Assembly: GCF_001194135.2 (NCBI RefSeq)
Contig: NC_068982.1
Span: 188,724,929-188,788,928 of the forward strand
Source of the DNA: Octopus bimaculoides
Taxonomy: Eukaryota
DNA length: 64,000 nt
Direction of reading: 5' to 3'
Within the stretch, counting starts at the first letter, position 1; each line of letters begins with the position of its first letter. The notes beneath the pieces are model-generated. The model was not told the origin of the DNA. It ran no database searches and saw only the letters and a program-made list of their open reading frames with translations. The position numbers and the translations under genes were made by a program. Positions 62,898 to 64,000 of this stretch are shown one piece after another.

Positions 62898-64000
62898 AAC
62901 ATACATGAGGATGTAGCAGGAACAAGTGGCTGGGCAAAGAAGGAGAACAATTTTAATGTCCTCTATTTGGGACAGCAATTATTTAAGTGTATCTAATTAA
63001 GACAGCTGCTTCCTCTTTTAACAATTAACTCATTGACAGACACTCTTGTCATCAATTCCTATAGAAATATTGTAGATGGGAGTGGATGCTACATGGAGAG
63101 GCGTGGGTTTGTACGATTAGGTTATGTATCATGTCATCTGCTAAACATCAGTCACTGACTTTATATCACCAAACACATTGGTATGTCCATACTTACACAC
63201 AGAAATACATACATACCCATAAAAACATACACGCAGGCACATGTGGTGTATATAGGGAGGGTTTCCTAATATATGCACACACATACACATGTATAAATAA
63301 TTACTAGATTGAACTAAATTTTAAATATTTTGCTTTCCATTTCTTTGAAGTTAAAATGATAAACAATTTTAATACAACTTAAAATATATGCTCTTCATCA
63401 TGATGCCCACATCCTTGTGGGTTGACTAGGTCCGTATCAGCACAGAATCTCACCACTTATGGTTCTTTGTCATCTCTTTCTGTGAGACCCGGCATCATGA
63501 GATCAGATCTAATCAATTTTTCCCACTATTTCAATCTTCCTCAATATATTTACAAGTAACAGCATAAGTAGTAGTAGTATAAACAGTGATGAGTACTCAA
63601 TAAATAGTAGAGTAAAGTTATAATTGAAGTTGACCCCCTCCCTTGTTAAAAATGGAGAAGAGAAGATGTTAAAGTATATAAGAGAAGTTTAATTCATGCA
63701 GACAATCGTTTCGTACAGAGATATAAAAATCATGCAAATTCATGATTGAATTGAATTAATTAAATCAATTAAATTAATTATATGTGAATGTACTCTTCAG
63801 TGCAAGAAGCATAAACAAAATTTTTACAAAGGACTTAAGAAAGGAAGTAGCAGAATAGGATCTTGGAGATTCATATTTATCCTCATGAGAAAGAAAGAGA
63901 TGTGTTAGTCCAGTTAGGTATTAACTAAAACTAAAGGCTATAATGGTTATTTGAGAATATAAGTAAAAGAGGATTCAGAGACGTTCCCTCTATAGATGGG

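Overview
AT-rich, repeat-dense animal genomic DNA with several N gaps. The SINE families, RTE tails and (TA)n/(CA)n tracts suggest an octopus (inference). One protein-coding gene is supported: the 3' part of an R7-family regulator of G-protein signalling (RGS9/RGS11-like) on the minus strand. I trace five exons by hand (57753-57866 GGL, 54068-54361 and 50261-50389 RGS domain, 40852/40856-41032, 16061-16280), all joined by phase-2 GT-AG introns; the DEP/DHEX/first GGL exons were not found and probably lie beyond base 64000. The gene appears to allow two C-termini, a short read-through form and a long form ending IVAPWEDTD, recalling vertebrate RGS9-1/RGS9-2. The remainder is transposon-derived: tRNA-SINEs, RTE, CR1-group and HERO-like LINE remnants, Tc1/mariner, pogo, hAT-like and piggyBac-like (TTAA) MITEs, and micro/minisatellites. 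The most striking non-coding signal is at least seven minimal hammerhead-ribozyme motifs of the Penelope-associated type (palindromic stem III) in four unrelated repeat families, several inside long palindromes and one family carrying a tRNA-derived Pol III head. Repeat coordinates are approximate, and family assignments come from recalled motifs, not database searches.
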